DNA of 64,000 nt from Phycisphaerales bacterium PN19_bin_20 (GCA_021173225.1 JAJOLK010000016.1:21034-85033), one strand, 5' to 3'; positions 19,413 to 28,816 are shown, counted from the first letter of the stretch. Numbers and translations are program-made. The notes: generated by a model from the letters alone, not told the origin.

Positions 19413-21140
19413 TTAGTTGCAGCCGGCGGTAAAGCGGTTGATGAAGAGGATGATGTCGTCGGCGGTCAACTCGCCGTCGCTGCCGGCCACGGGCCCGGGG
19501 CTCGCGATGTCGGCAAGGAGGTTGGAGGCAGTGAAGTAGCTGATGAACAAGATCACGTCGTCGGCGGTCAGCTCGCCGTCGGGGCAGGTCGTCGGCCCGG
19601 GGCCGGCGATATCGCTCTGGGTGCAGCGGGGCAGCAGGGCGAGGGTGGCGGCAACGTCTGCGGCGGTGACGGTGGTGCCCGAGTTCCACTGGCCGTTGGT
19701 GCCGTCGGTGGTGCTCATGCGAACCATGGCGAGGGTGGCGTTGAAGTCACGCCCCTGCCAGCGCCAGCCGTTGTAGGCGACGTCATCGGTGGTGGTGATG
19801 GTGTTGTTGTCCTCAAGGATGACGGCCATGTCGTCCAGCGAGGCACCGAGGCGCTGCTGGATGAGGCTGTAATCGGCGCAGTCAACGCGCCCGTCAAAGT
19901 TGAAGTCGCCGCGGACGAAGCGGAACTGGACGTTGTTGGCCCCGCCGTTAGCGGTGGCATCCACATCGTTGAACGCGCCGGGGGTGAGCTGGAAGCCGAC
20001 GAGGTTGATGCGGTCGAGCTTGAAGGTGCCGTTGGCGTCGAGCTGGCCGAGGGCGTTGTAGCGGTTGGTGCTGGTGGTGCTGGTGGGCCCGCCGATGACG
20101 GTGGCTGAATACTGCAGCAGGTCCGAGAGCAGGTCCTGCGTGTCGCCGTAGATGAACTCTTCGTCGGCCATGCGGGTGGGCTTCATCACGCCGCTAACCA
20201 GGACGTCGCCGCGGTTGGGGTTGACGCCGAAGTAGGCCATGCGTGAGACGGCGTCGGGGTTGAAGTTGGGGGTGTCGGAGAGCTCTTGCTGGCTTGAGCG
20301 GACGTATTCCTTGCCGCCGCCGTTGGACCAGGCGATGTCGTCAACCATCTGGTAGGGCTCGAGGCTTGATGGGCCCGGGACGCCGGGGGTGGCCAGACGC
20401 TCAGAGTTGACGGGCGTCTCGGCGGGGCGGTTGCCCGGCTGGTTGGAATACGGGGCGATGCCGTTCAGGTCGATGCGGCCGTTGAAGTTGACATCCTGAT
20501 TGATGTCCTTGCGCCAGGCGTAACGGATGCTGGCGGGGAAGCCGGACCCGCTGACGATGTTGGTACCCAGCACGCCGTCGTAGAGCGAACGGCCCTGCGC
20601 GTCTAGGGCGTGGAAGGGGCGCTTGCGGAGCAGGACGATGTTGGCGGAGCCGTCGTTTTTGATGCGGCCGGCGGCGTCAACGGTGGGGATGTGGGTGCCG
20701 TTGTAGGTGCCGCTGGTCGTGGCCTGGGCGAAGAACGGTGGCAGTAAAGAGGGGCGGTTGGCGGCTGTGCCGTTGGCGTTGTAGACCACGAGCAGTCCGT
20801 TGCTGCCGATGGTCAGCCCGTCAAGGCTCCAGGCCTCGTCGATCTCGGGGACCTCGTCGCCTGCGTCCCAGCCTGCGGGGAGCGGGCCGGGGATGTCGTT
20901 GCCGTTGGGATCACCGCCGCCGAAGACGCTGGCGATGGCGTAACCGGTGAGGTTCATGCCTGCGGGCCCGTAGAGCTCGATGTACTCCCAGCGGTCATCG
21001 GCGGCTGAGCCGCTGCCGGGCGGGTTAGAATAGACCTCGTTGATGACGACCTGGGCTGAGGCGGCGCTGGTGAGCGACGCGGCCAGGCCGGCGAGGGCCA
21101 GCAGTGCGGACGTGGCGAACGCGCGGGACAGAGTCTTCAT
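19413..21140 (-). CDS. Secreted lamin-tail-domain (LTD) protein with an internal dockerin/EF-hand-like loop and a C-terminal GC-type twin dockerin-like module
   Basis: Signal peptide MKTLSRAFATSALLALAGLAASLTSAASAQ (ATG 21140). LTD signature VVINEVYSNP...DRWEYIELYGPAGMNLTGY. GDFNFDGRVDCADYSLIQQRLG. C-terminus CTQSDIAGPGPTTCPDGELTADDVILFISYF...ADIASPGPVAGSDGELTADDIILFINRFTAGCN. Confidence 0.85.
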   Translation of the reverse strand: MKTLSRAFATSALLALAGLAASLTSAASAQVVINEVYSNPPGSGSAADDRWEYIELYGPAGMNLTGYAIASVFGGGDPNGNDIPGPLPAGWDAGDEVPEIDEAWSLDGLTIGSNGLLVVYNANGTAANRPSLLPPFFAQATTSGTYNGTHIPTVDAAGRIKNDGSANIVLLRKRPFHALDAQGRSLYDGVLGTNIVSGSGFPASIRYAWRKDINQDVNFNGRIDLNGIAPYSNQPGNRPAETPVNSERLATPGVPGPSSLEPYQMVDDIAWSNGGGKEYVRSSQQELSDTPNFNPDAVSRMAYFGVNPNRGDVLVSGVMKPTRMADEEFIYGDTQDLLSDLLQYSATVIGGPTSTTSTNRYNALGQLDANGTFKLDRINLVGFQLTPGAFNDVDATANGGANNVQFRFVRGDFNFDGRVDCADYSLIQQRLGASLDDMAVILEDNNTITTTDDVAYNGWRWQGRDFNATLAMVRMSTTDGTNGQWNSGTTVTAADVAATLALLPRCTQSDIAGPGPTTCPDGELTADDVILFISYFTASNLLADIASPGPVAGSDGELTADDIILFINRFTAGCN

Positions 21141-21265
21141 GGTGATCTCTCGGGTGCTGTGCAAGCTGGACTGGGCTGGACGGACTGGACGAACTGGGGT
21201 CAAGGCTTGATCGAACGGGCCCATGTGGCCGGGTTGAGCTACGGAAGGCGCGTGGGCCGGGCGGC

Positions 21266-22273
21266 TTAGTCGTTGGGGCGCCAGAAGCGGCCGGTGGCGA
21301 GGACGCCGCCGAAGACCTTGCCCTCGATGGTGTCGTCGTACGCGGCGTTCGACGCGCGAGGTGCGCCGCTGGTCCAACCAAACTCCCCGTCGCGGTCGGT
21401 GTCGGCGAAAAGGTCAACGTGCCCGTCGGCGAAGAGGAAGTTGCCGTTGTACTTGTCGTGGTTTTTGTTGTTGGCACCGACGCCAGCGTTGGCCTTTGAA
21501 GACTTGCCGTGGGCGGGGCCGAAGTCTGAATACTTCTGGCGGGCCCAGGTGCCGTCGGAGACTTGTCCGGCGGGCCCGTCGGTGAGGTCTTTGGTATAGC
21601 GGTAGAAGTTGCCGTCGATCTCTTCTTGGGTGGTGCCGGCGGCGGCGTCGTCTTCGACGCGGCCGTCAGCAAAGAGAGGGACCTGGTTGGGGCTGGCACC
21701 GGTGATGGAGCGCTCGTTGAGTGCGCCGAGTGTGAAGCGGACGCGCTGGCCGTCGTTGGTGGAGCCCTTGGGGTTTTTGAAGCCCGTGTACGCGGTGTAC
21801 CAGGCCATGGTGTAGTTGGTGTTGAAGCCGCGCTTAAAGAGGTCGACTTGGTCGGTAGGGATGGAGAAGACCTTGGCTGGGCGGTCGGTCAGGCGGCCTG
21901 AGGTCATAGCCTGGGTGAGCTGCGCGGGGTTGGTGGGGCAGAGGAGCTGGCCGGGGTTGGTGATCTCGCCGTTGACCTGGTCGGCAAGCCAGCCGACGCG
22001 GTCGATAGGGCCCGAGCCGCTGTTGAGGCGGTTGTCAAAGCGGCCCGAGGAGAAGAAGCCCCTGGCCGACGCGGCGTAGGTCAGCATCCCAATGCCGACT
22101 TGGCGCAGGTTGCTCTGACACTTGCTGGTGCGCGCGGTGTCTCGTGCGGCGGCCAAGGTTGGCGAGAGGATGCTGACCAACAGAGCGATGATCGCGATGA
22201 CCACCAGCAGCTCGATGAGCGTGAAGGCGGCAACGGCGCGGCGAGCGTGGGTGGTTGGCATGGTGTGGGGCAT
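21266..22273 (-). CDS. Prepilin-type N-terminal cleavage/methylation domain protein, DUF1559 / H-X9-DG type
   Basis: [26 protein letters not shown]...[18 protein letters not shown], and near the C-terminus [15 protein letters not shown]. Confidence 0.85.
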   Translation of the reverse strand: MPHTMPTTHARRAVAAFTLIELLVVIAIIALLVSILSPTLAAARDTARTSKCQSNLRQVGIGMLTYAASARGFFSSGRFDNRLNSGSGPIDRVGWLADQVNGEITNPGQLLCPTNPAQLTQAMTSGRLTDRPAKVFSIPTDQVDLFKRGFNTNYTMAWYTAYTGFKNPKGSTNDGQRVRFTLGALNERSITGASPNQVPLFADGRVEDDAAAGTTQEEIDGNFYRYTKDLTDGPAGQVSDGTWARQKYSDFGPAHGKSSKANAGVGANNKNHDKYNGNFLFADGHVDLFADTDRDGEFGWTSGAPRASNAAYDDTIEGKVFGGVLATGRFWRPND

Positions 22274-22648
22274 GAGCTGGAGAGCGGACCGTTAAGACTG
22301 GAAGACCTTGAGCGCGCGAGGTGCGCTGGGACGTGTGAGGCGCTGGGGCACCTTGGAGTTTCTGCCCCGACGCCCCTTGGAGAGGTGACGGGGAGGGCAA
22401 GCGTTGGTCAGGGTCTTCACCGGCGCACGGTGGCTGAAGACGTCTTCATGATTTCTTCACACATCCTTGACACGACAATGTGCGGCAAGCGTGAGGGGAG
22501 GGGGTTTGTGGATGGGTCAAGCCCGGCGGCCGAATGGGTGATGGCGAGCGCACCCACGACGGAGGGGGCCGCGGCAGGATCTCTTCTGCCTGACACGAAG
22601 GTTTCCAGGGGCACTGGGTGAGCGGCTAGCGGTGCGTCTGGCGTACGC

Positions 22649-23965
22649 TTGCGGCCTATGCCCTTTACCCTCAAGCCTCACGGCGGCCCGAACGATGCAG
22701 ACGCGTTTGACGTGGACGTCGAGTCAACTGAGTATCTGAACAAGCACCCGGACACGGGCGAGCGGTGGGTGCTGAACTTTGGTCCGCAGCACCCGGCGAC
22801 GCACACGACGTTGCGGCTGGTGCTGGAGCTGGACGGGGAGCGGGTTGTGCGGTGCACGCCGCACATTGGGTACCTGCACTCGGGGTTTGAGAAGCTGGCG
22901 GAGCACCTGGACTACAACCAGTACGTGACCATCGTGAGCCGTATGGACTACTCGGCGCCGATTGTCAATGACATCGCGTGGCACCAGGCGGTGGAGAAGC
23001 TGTTTGATATTGATGTGACGCCGCGGTGCAAGGTATTGCGGACAATCATGCTTGAGCTTGGTCGGATCCAGAGCCACCTGCTGTGCTGCGGAGCGGCGGC
23101 GCTTGACCTTGGCGGTTTCAGCGCGTTCTTGTACGGGTTCAACCCGCGCGAGCGGATCTATGACATCATCGACTACATCAGCGGGCAGAGGTTTCACCCG
23201 GACTGGACGCGGGTCGGCGGGCTGATGCAGGACCTGCCCGACACGGCGACCTTCCAGCGGATGGTCAAGACCTTCTTGCGTGACGACCTTGCGGGTGCGC
23301 TGGCGGACGTGGAGGGGTTGCTGAACAACAACCGGATCTTTGTGGACCGGACGGTGGGGATCGGCACGCTGACGCGCGACGAGGCGATCGCGTGCAGTTT
23401 GAGCGGGCCGATGGCGCGTGCGAGCGGGCTGGTGCGTGACGTGCGGAAGGACGCGCCGTTCTTGTGCTACGCGGACAACTGGGACGGGCAGGGTGCCAAG
23501 GCGGTAAAGTTCAAGGTGCCGGTGATGACCGGGGGCGATGTGTACGCGCGGTTCCGGGTGCGTGTGGAGGAGATCAAGCAGTCGGCGCTGATTATCGAGC
23601 AGCTGATCGACGCGATCCCTGAAGGGCCGATCGACACGTTCGCGGACGCGAAGATGGTCAAGCCGCCCAAGGCGCAGGTGTACGGGTCGATCGAGGGGCT
23701 GATCCAGCACTTCGAGCTGATCATGAGCAACCGCGGTTGGAAGGCGCCGATCGCCGAGTGCTACTCGAGCATCGAGAGCCCCAACGGAGAGCTTGGGTAC
23801 TTCATCGTGGCCGACGGCGGGCCGCGTCCGTTCAGGGTGAAGGTGCGGCCGCCGATTTTCATCAACTACAGCACGATGGCGCGGATGACCGAGGGGCACC
23901 TTGTGAGCGATGTTGTGGCGATCATCGGGAGCGTGAACGTGATCGCGGCTGAGCTGGATCGGTAG
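22649..23965 (+). CDS. nuoD: NADH-quinone oxidoreductase subunit D
   Basis: WVLNFGPQHPATHTTLRLVLELDGERVVRCTPHIGYLHSGFEKLAE plus the full-length NuoD pattern. The track start at 22649 is a TTG; the alternative ATG is at 22658. Confidence 0.92.
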   Translation: MRPMPFTLKPHGGPNDADAFDVDVESTEYLNKHPDTGERWVLNFGPQHPATHTTLRLVLELDGERVVRCTPHIGYLHSGFEKLAEHLDYNQYVTIVSRMDYSAPIVNDIAWHQAVEKLFDIDVTPRCKVLRTIMLELGRIQSHLLCCGAAALDLGGFSAFLYGFNPRERIYDIIDYISGQRFHPDWTRVGGLMQDLPDTATFQRMVKTFLRDDLAGALADVEGLLNNNRIFVDRTVGIGTLTRDEAIACSLSGPMARASGLVRDVRKDAPFLCYADNWDGQGAKAVKFKVPVMTGGDVYARFRVRVEEIKQSALIIEQLIDAIPEGPIDTFADAKMVKPPKAQVYGSIEGLIQHFELIMSNRGWKAPIAECYSSIESPNGELGYFIVADGGPRPFRVKVRPPIFINYSTMARMTEGHLVSDVVAIIGSVNVIAAELDR

Positions 23966-24106
23966 GGGGAGTGAGGCGGGGAAGGTAATAGGGAATAGTC
24001 AATAGGCAATGGGCGCAGAGGTGTGTGCTGAGTGCCCTCGGTCGCTATTGTCTTGATTGCTTTTTCCCTTTTCCCTAGGCGGTGATCCCTCGATCCCTCG
24101 ATCCCT
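23966..24106. repeat. AT-richer imperfect palindromic intergenic element (family 2), followed by 3x GATCCCTC
   Basis: gggaaggtaatagggaatagtcaataggcaatggg...gccctcggtcgctattgtcttgattgctttttcccttttccc. The two arms are imperfect reverse complements. It shares blocks with 28205-28380. Confidence 0.6.
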
Positions 24107-25468
24107 CTAATCGCGCTCATGGGCGAGCAAATCGTCGAGGGTTTCGCGTCGGCGGATGGTGGTGAAGGCGCGGTCGTTGACGAGGACCTCGGCGGGGAGC
24201 GGGTGGCTGTTGTAGCGTGAGGCCATGCTCATGCCGTACGCGCCGGCGGCGAAGAGGCTGAGCAGATCGCCTTGCGCGATGGGCGGGAGCGGGCGGGCTT
24301 TGGCGAGCACGTCGGCGCTCTCACAGATCGGGCCGACGACGTCAACGGTGGTCAGTTGCGGGTGCGGGGCGTGCGCGAGGCTTTGCGCAGTGGTGGACGC
24401 GAAGGTGGGCGTGTGCCCGCGCGTGAGCGGGACTAGCTCAGGCGGGACGCGGGCGGGCCATAGGAAGTGGAAGGCGTCGTAAAGGGCGGGGCGGAGCAGG
24501 GTGTTCATGCCGGCGTCGCAGACGATGAAGGTGCGGCCGGTGCCCTGATCATGCTTGACATAGAGCACGCGTGTGAGCAGGATTCCGGCGTTGGCGGCGA
24601 TGAAGCGGCCGGGCTCGATGACGACTTTGAGCCCGGCGTTTACGCGGGCTTGGAGCAGCGGGATGATGGCGTGCGCGAAGGCGGTTGGCGCGGGCGCGTC
24701 GCCTGTGTTGTAATCAGCGCCGAAGCCGCCGCCGAGGTCGAGGGTGTCGATGGTGTGGCCCATGTCGGCAAGCTCGTCGGCAAGGGCGAGCAGGCGAGGG
24801 ATGGCCAGGAGGTAGGGCTGCGGCGTGACAATCGAGCTACCCAGGTGCATGTGGAGGCCCGCGATGCGTACGTGACCGGCGGTGTGGTCGGCGTGGTTGG
24901 GCGAGTAGGCGCGGGCGAGGGCGCGGGCCTGGTCAATGCTGAGGCCAAACTTGCTGGTGGGCGTGGCGGTTTGGATGTGAACGTGCCCGCCGGCGGCGAC
25001 CATGGGGTTGACGCGGAGCGCGACGCGCGCGGTGACGCCGAGGGCGCTCGCGCTAGCGGCGATCGCTTCGAGCTCTTGGGCGCTTTCGACGTTGAACTGG
25101 CCGACGGGCGCTGGGCGCGTGCTGAGTGCGAGGTCGATCTCGGCGCGGGCCTTACCGACGCCGGCGAAGACGATGTTGGCGGGCTCACACCCGGCGGCGA
25201 GCGCGCGGGTGAGCTCGCCTGCGGAGACGACGTCCATGCCCAGGCCGAGCGAGACGAGATGGCGCAGGATGTGGATGTTCGGACAGCTCTTGACGGCAAA
25301 GCAGATCAGCGGGCGCAGCGGCGCGAAGGCGTCTTGAAGGAGCGTGGCGTGGCGCGTGAGCGTGGCGGTGCTGTAGACGTAGGTGGGCGTGCCGACGGCG
25401 GCGGCGATGTCGGCGAGCGGTACGCCCTCGGCGTGCAGTGTGCCGTGGCGGTAGGTGAAGTGGTCCAT
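24107..25468 (-). CDS. lysA: Diaminopimelate decarboxylase
   Basis: MDHFTYRHGTLHAEGVPLADIAAAVGTPTYVYS, CFAVKSCPN (PLP lysine), LDLGGGFG, and C-terminal EVLV...IRRRE. Confidence 0.9.
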   Translation of the reverse strand: MDHFTYRHGTLHAEGVPLADIAAAVGTPTYVYSTATLTRHATLLQDAFAPLRPLICFAVKSCPNIHILRHLVSLGLGMDVVSAGELTRALAAGCEPANIVFAGVGKARAEIDLALSTRPAPVGQFNVESAQELEAIAASASALGVTARVALRVNPMVAAGGHVHIQTATPTSKFGLSIDQARALARAYSPNHADHTAGHVRIAGLHMHLGSSIVTPQPYLLAIPRLLALADELADMGHTIDTLDLGGGFGADYNTGDAPAPTAFAHAIIPLLQARVNAGLKVVIEPGRFIAANAGILLTRVLYVKHDQGTGRTFIVCDAGMNTLLRPALYDAFHFLWPARVPPELVPLTRGHTPTFASTTAQSLAHAPHPQLTTVDVVGPICESADVLAKARPLPPIAQGDLLSLFAAGAYGMSMASRYNSHPLPAEVLVNDRAFTTIRRRETLDDLLAHERD

Positions 25469-25522
25469 GGAGGTGTTGGCGGGCTTGGAGGCGCGAGGGT
25501 GCGGGCGCGCGGGCGGACGGAC

Positions 25523-26731
25523 TTACTGAACGCGTCGGAAGATGTACCCGGACTTGGTGGCACCCCAGACCTGCTCGGCCTTGTCGTTGAAGCCACGGTC
25601 CCAGGTGATGAGGCCCTCGGCGGTGATGCGGGCTTGGCTGGTGGCGTAGCTGGCGCCGCGGAGTGAGCTTGGGCAGTCGCGGCCGTTGGTGGTGCCTTCG
25701 AAGGTGCCGTCGCGGAGTGAGGCCAGGAGGATCTCACAACCGGCGCGAGCGGAGAGTTGGTCGGGTGTGAGGTTGTTAAAGGCTTGCGGGCTGGCAAAGG
25801 TCCCGGCGAAGCGGAGCGGGTCGCCCGGAAGCTCGAAGACTTCGCTCTTGAAGGTGGTGGCGTCGAGCTGGGTGAGGCGGTAGATGCGCTGGCGATAGGG
25901 CTTGTCAAGCGTGGTGGCCATGGCCTGCTCAACGTAAAGCCACGCGGTGCGCGTATGCGGCGATGCAGGCTGGGCGCGGGGGCCGCTGGTCCAGATGCGG
26001 GCCATGTGCAGGCGGATGTCGAAGAAGGCGCGGTCGTCGATGGACTGCTGCTCGCTGCTAAATGAGCCGGCCATGAGCGCCAGCAGGCGGTCGAAGGCGT
26101 CGGCGGGGAGGTTGGCCAGTGGTGCGGCGGGCGCGGCGATTCGCGCCGTCACAGGCAATGGGATGGGCGCGGGCAGCGCGCTGAGCGCGGGCATGCTGGC
26201 TTGAGGGGCGAAGGGGTTGCTGGGAGTGCGCGTGCCGATGGTGGGCGGCAGCACGGAGAAGTCAATGGCTGCGGCTGCGGCTGCGGCTACGGGTGTGGCG
26301 GGCGGGGTGGAGGACTTGGTGTTGGCAGAGCCAGTTTGCGATCGCACGACAGTGACGGTGTTAGAGGATGTGGTGGCGGTGGCGCTGGGGGTGGGTCTGG
26401 GTGAGGCGCTGGAGCCGTTGGGGAAGTTGATGCTGGGCGCGGCGGCGGGCGGGACGGGCGTGTTGGCGGGTGCGTTCCCGAGGGCGGTGGGCTTCATCCC
26501 GGGGGTGGCGGCGGCGGCGGTGAGGGCGGTGCTCTCACCGGCGCGCGCGGCGGGGGCGATGAGAGATGGTGCGGCGAGCGCGGCGTTGTTGGGGGCGCGC
26601 GACGCTTGGCTGCCGCAGGCGCTGAGCGCGGCGAGTGCCAGAGTCATTGCCCAGGGCGCGAGGGCGCGGGTGGCCTCGTGCGTGCTGGGCTTGATGGTGG
26701 GCTTGGTGAAGGGGGCGGTGGTGGTGTTCAT
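25523..26731 (-). CDS. Secreted or lipoprotein candidate with a C-terminal CpcT/CpeT (DUF1001) lyase-like domain and a long Ala/Pro/Thr-rich linker
   Basis: The C-terminal ~190 aa read WLYVEQAMATTLDKPYRQRIYRL...GCEILL...FEGTTNGRDCPSSLRGASYATSQARI...ITWDRGFNDKAEQVWGATKSGYIFRR. A possible lipobox is ALSAC. The start is uncertain (26731, 26770 or 26647). Confidence 0.7.
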   Translation of the reverse strand: MNTTTAPFTKPTIKPSTHEATRALAPWAMTLALAALSACGSQASRAPNNAALAAPSLIAPAARAGESTALTAAAATPGMKPTALGNAPANTPVPPAAAPSINFPNGSSASPRPTPSATATTSSNTVTVVRSQTGSANTKSSTPPATPVAAAAAAAIDFSVLPPTIGTRTPSNPFAPQASMPALSALPAPIPLPVTARIAAPAAPLANLPADAFDRLLALMAGSFSSEQQSIDDRAFFDIRLHMARIWTSGPRAQPASPHTRTAWLYVEQAMATTLDKPYRQRIYRLTQLDATTFKSEVFELPGDPLRFAGTFASPQAFNNLTPDQLSARAGCEILLASLRDGTFEGTTNGRDCPSSLRGASYATSQARITAEGLITWDRGFNDKAEQVWGATKSGYIFRRVQ

Positions 26732-26880
26732 GAGGGGTCTCGCTGGCTGAGCGATAACCATAACCCCCACGCGTCATCGGCGGCGCACCTGGCGCGGCTG
26801 GATGACTGAGTTGGGTGGAAGTGGCTTGGCGGGTGGCGTGGGGTGCGGGCGTGGACGCGGCGGGTGCCGATCTTGACCGC

Positions 26881-28203
26881 ATGAACCAGGACACCAAGAG
26901 CAGTAAGGGCGGTGCGAGCAGTAAGGGCGGTGCGAGCGGCAATAGCGGTGCGAGTGGCAAGGGCGGTACGGTTCGAGGGCTCGCGCTGGGCGCGTGCGTG
27001 CTGGCGCTGCTGGCGGGTACGGCGTTGGCTGGTGGCGGGGGCGGGGGTGGTGGTAGTGGGACGCCGGCGAAGGCAACACCTGCGAAGCCCGCGGCGAAGG
27101 CCCCGGTGAAGCCAGCGGCTCCGGCGCTGCCGCAGGTCATGCCGGTAAGTTTGGAGACGCCCGCGGCGAAGGGGGGCGCGTTGACTGATCATGATGACGG
27201 GGGTGCCGCAAGTGGCGCGCGCGGCGACGCTCGGGCTGACGGTCACGGCGCGAGCGCTGCGCCAGCCAAGCCTGCGACGGGCCCCACGACGGCGGGCAAG
27301 GCTCCGGCGGCGCGCGGGCCGGTGAAGAGTGGCGGCGCGGCCAAGCCAGTGAGTGCGGGTGCGGGTACCGGCGGCGATGAGATTGATGGTGGCCTGAGCC
27401 CCGAGCAAGCGCTGGCGGCGTTGCAAGAGGGCAACATGCGTTGGATGAGCGGGACGCCGAGCAACCCGGCGACGGGGATGTTGCGTCGGCAGACGACTGC
27501 GAGCGAAGGTCAACACCCGTTTGTGACGGTGCTGACGTGCGCGGACTCACGCGTGCCGGTGGAACGCGTGTTTGACCGTGGCGTGGGCGAGGTGTTCGTG
27601 GTGCGCGTGGCGGGCAACATCGCCGACCGTGCGCTGACCGGGACGGTGGAGTATGGCGTGGGGCACCTTGGCACCAAGCTGTTGGTGGTGATGGGGCACG
27701 CCAAGTGCCACGCGGTGAAGGCGACGGTTGAGAGCACGCAGGCTGGGGGCGCGGGCGTAGGGCCGAACTTCGCCGAAATCGTTGAGACGATCCGCCCGGC
27801 CGTGGACCGCGCGAAGCGGCTGAACCCGGAGGCGAGCGGTGATGCGCTGGTCGAGGCGGCGGTGCGCGAGAACGTGTGGCAGACGGTGTTTGACCTGTAC
27901 AAGGGCAGCCCTGCGCTTGCGGGCGCGGCGCAGCGCGGCGAGCTGAAGGTCATCGGCGCGGTGCTGGATGTCAGCACGGGAAAGGTTGAGTGGCTGGGCG
28001 AGCACCCGTGGCAGGACGCGCTGGTGGCGGCGCTGGCGAAGCCCGAGGCGCAGAGGGTCAAGCCAGCGGCTGAGGCGGGCGCGAAGGCCCACGGCGGCGG
28101 GAGCGCAGGCGAGAGCGCGGCGGGCGGCAGCTCAGCGGACGGCGGGCCTGATGATGGTCACAAGCAGTCGGTGACGGCTGTGCCGACGGATGGTGGGCAT
28201 TAG
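26881..28203 (+). CDS. Beta-class carbonic anhydrase with a long low-complexity N-terminal region
   Basis: LTCADSRVPVERVFDRGVGEVFVVRVAGN and VVMGHAKCHAVKA. The N-terminus has SSKGGASSKGGAS repeats and a hydrophobic segment. Confidence 0.8.
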   Translation: MNQDTKSSKGGASSKGGASGNSGASGKGGTVRGLALGACVLALLAGTALAGGGGGGGGSGTPAKATPAKPAAKAPVKPAAPALPQVMPVSLETPAAKGGALTDHDDGGAASGARGDARADGHGASAAPAKPATGPTTAGKAPAARGPVKSGGAAKPVSAGAGTGGDEIDGGLSPEQALAALQEGNMRWMSGTPSNPATGMLRRQTTASEGQHPFVTVLTCADSRVPVERVFDRGVGEVFVVRVAGNIADRALTGTVEYGVGHLGTKLLVVMGHAKCHAVKATVESTQAGGAGVGPNFAEIVETIRPAVDRAKRLNPEASGDALVEAAVRENVWQTVFDLYKGSPALAGAAQRGELKVIGAVLDVSTGKVEWLGEHPWQDALVAALAKPEAQRVKPAAEAGAKAHGGGSAGESAAGGSSADGGPDDGHKQSVTAVPTDGGH

Positions 28204-28204
28204 C

Positions 28205-28380
28205 TAGGGTGGGGAAGGCAAGAGGGAATGGGCAAAGGTACTGGGAGCGGGAAGGGTAATAGGCACTGGTCGTTAGATAATAAAAGTATGAAAGCGAATA
28301 GCGAGTCGGTACTTGGCGACAGGCGCAACGGTTTGTAGTAGGTCCCTCGTTCGCTGTCGCCTTGATTGCTTGCTGCGGCC
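28205..28380. repeat. Second copy of the AT-richer intergenic element (family 2)
   Basis: gggaagggtaataggcact...aaagcgaatagcgagtcgg...ggtccctcgttcgctgtcgccttgattgcttgc. It shares GGGAAGG(G)TAATAGG and CCCTCG(G/T)TCGCT(A/G)T(T/C)G(T/C)CTTGATTGCTT with 23966-24070. Confidence 0.6.
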
Positions 28381-28779
28381 CCCTCTGGCTCGCGCTGCTC
28401 GCCGCCTCCCCCGCCGAAGGTGTCGGGGGGGAGGACAGCGAACCCTCTTGCTTTAGCCTGCGCCGAAGACCCAACCGGGGCCGCACCGGGCGTTTGCATG
28501 TGGCAGCGCGAGTGGCCCGGCGGCGAGGATCACTGGCGAGGGCCAGGACAACGCCGCGGCGGGCTGGATCGCGTGCCGGATTCGGCGAGGTGTTGACGGG
28601 TGCGTCATGCGCAGCATGAGCGGTGGCGAGGATGCCAGCGGAACGCCGGGAAACAAGATTCGACAATATTGGACCCCCTTGAGCGTGGCGCAGGGCAAGG
28701 CGCTCTGCGCGCATGTCTGTGCGCTCGGGAAAATCGGGCCGGTTCCGGAGCCCTAGTAACAAAGAGCGGTGTCGGGGAA

Positions 28780-28816
28780 TGAAAACGCCCGCGGGAGCGT
28801 GTGCCGCCGCGGGCGT
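28780..28816 (-). terminator. Rho-independent terminator about 100 nt downstream of mraZ
   Basis: Perfect 10-bp stem ACGCCCGCGG/CCGCGGGCGT (28785-28794 and 28807-28816), followed on the minus strand by TTTTCATT. Confidence 0.7.

Noticed and set aside
19413-21377. Track-suggested longer N-termini for secreted proteins (21377, 38293, 46019, 52268, 16792, 15497)
   Set aside because: In each case an internal ATG is immediately followed by a canonical signal peptide or conserved N-terminus. The upstream extension is Arg/Gly-rich or overlaps the neighbouring gene.
22724-23899. 391-aa ORF antisense to nuoD
   Set aside because: It is fully contained in the unambiguous nuoD gene. Its product is extremely Arg/Pro/His-rich with no recognisable motifs.
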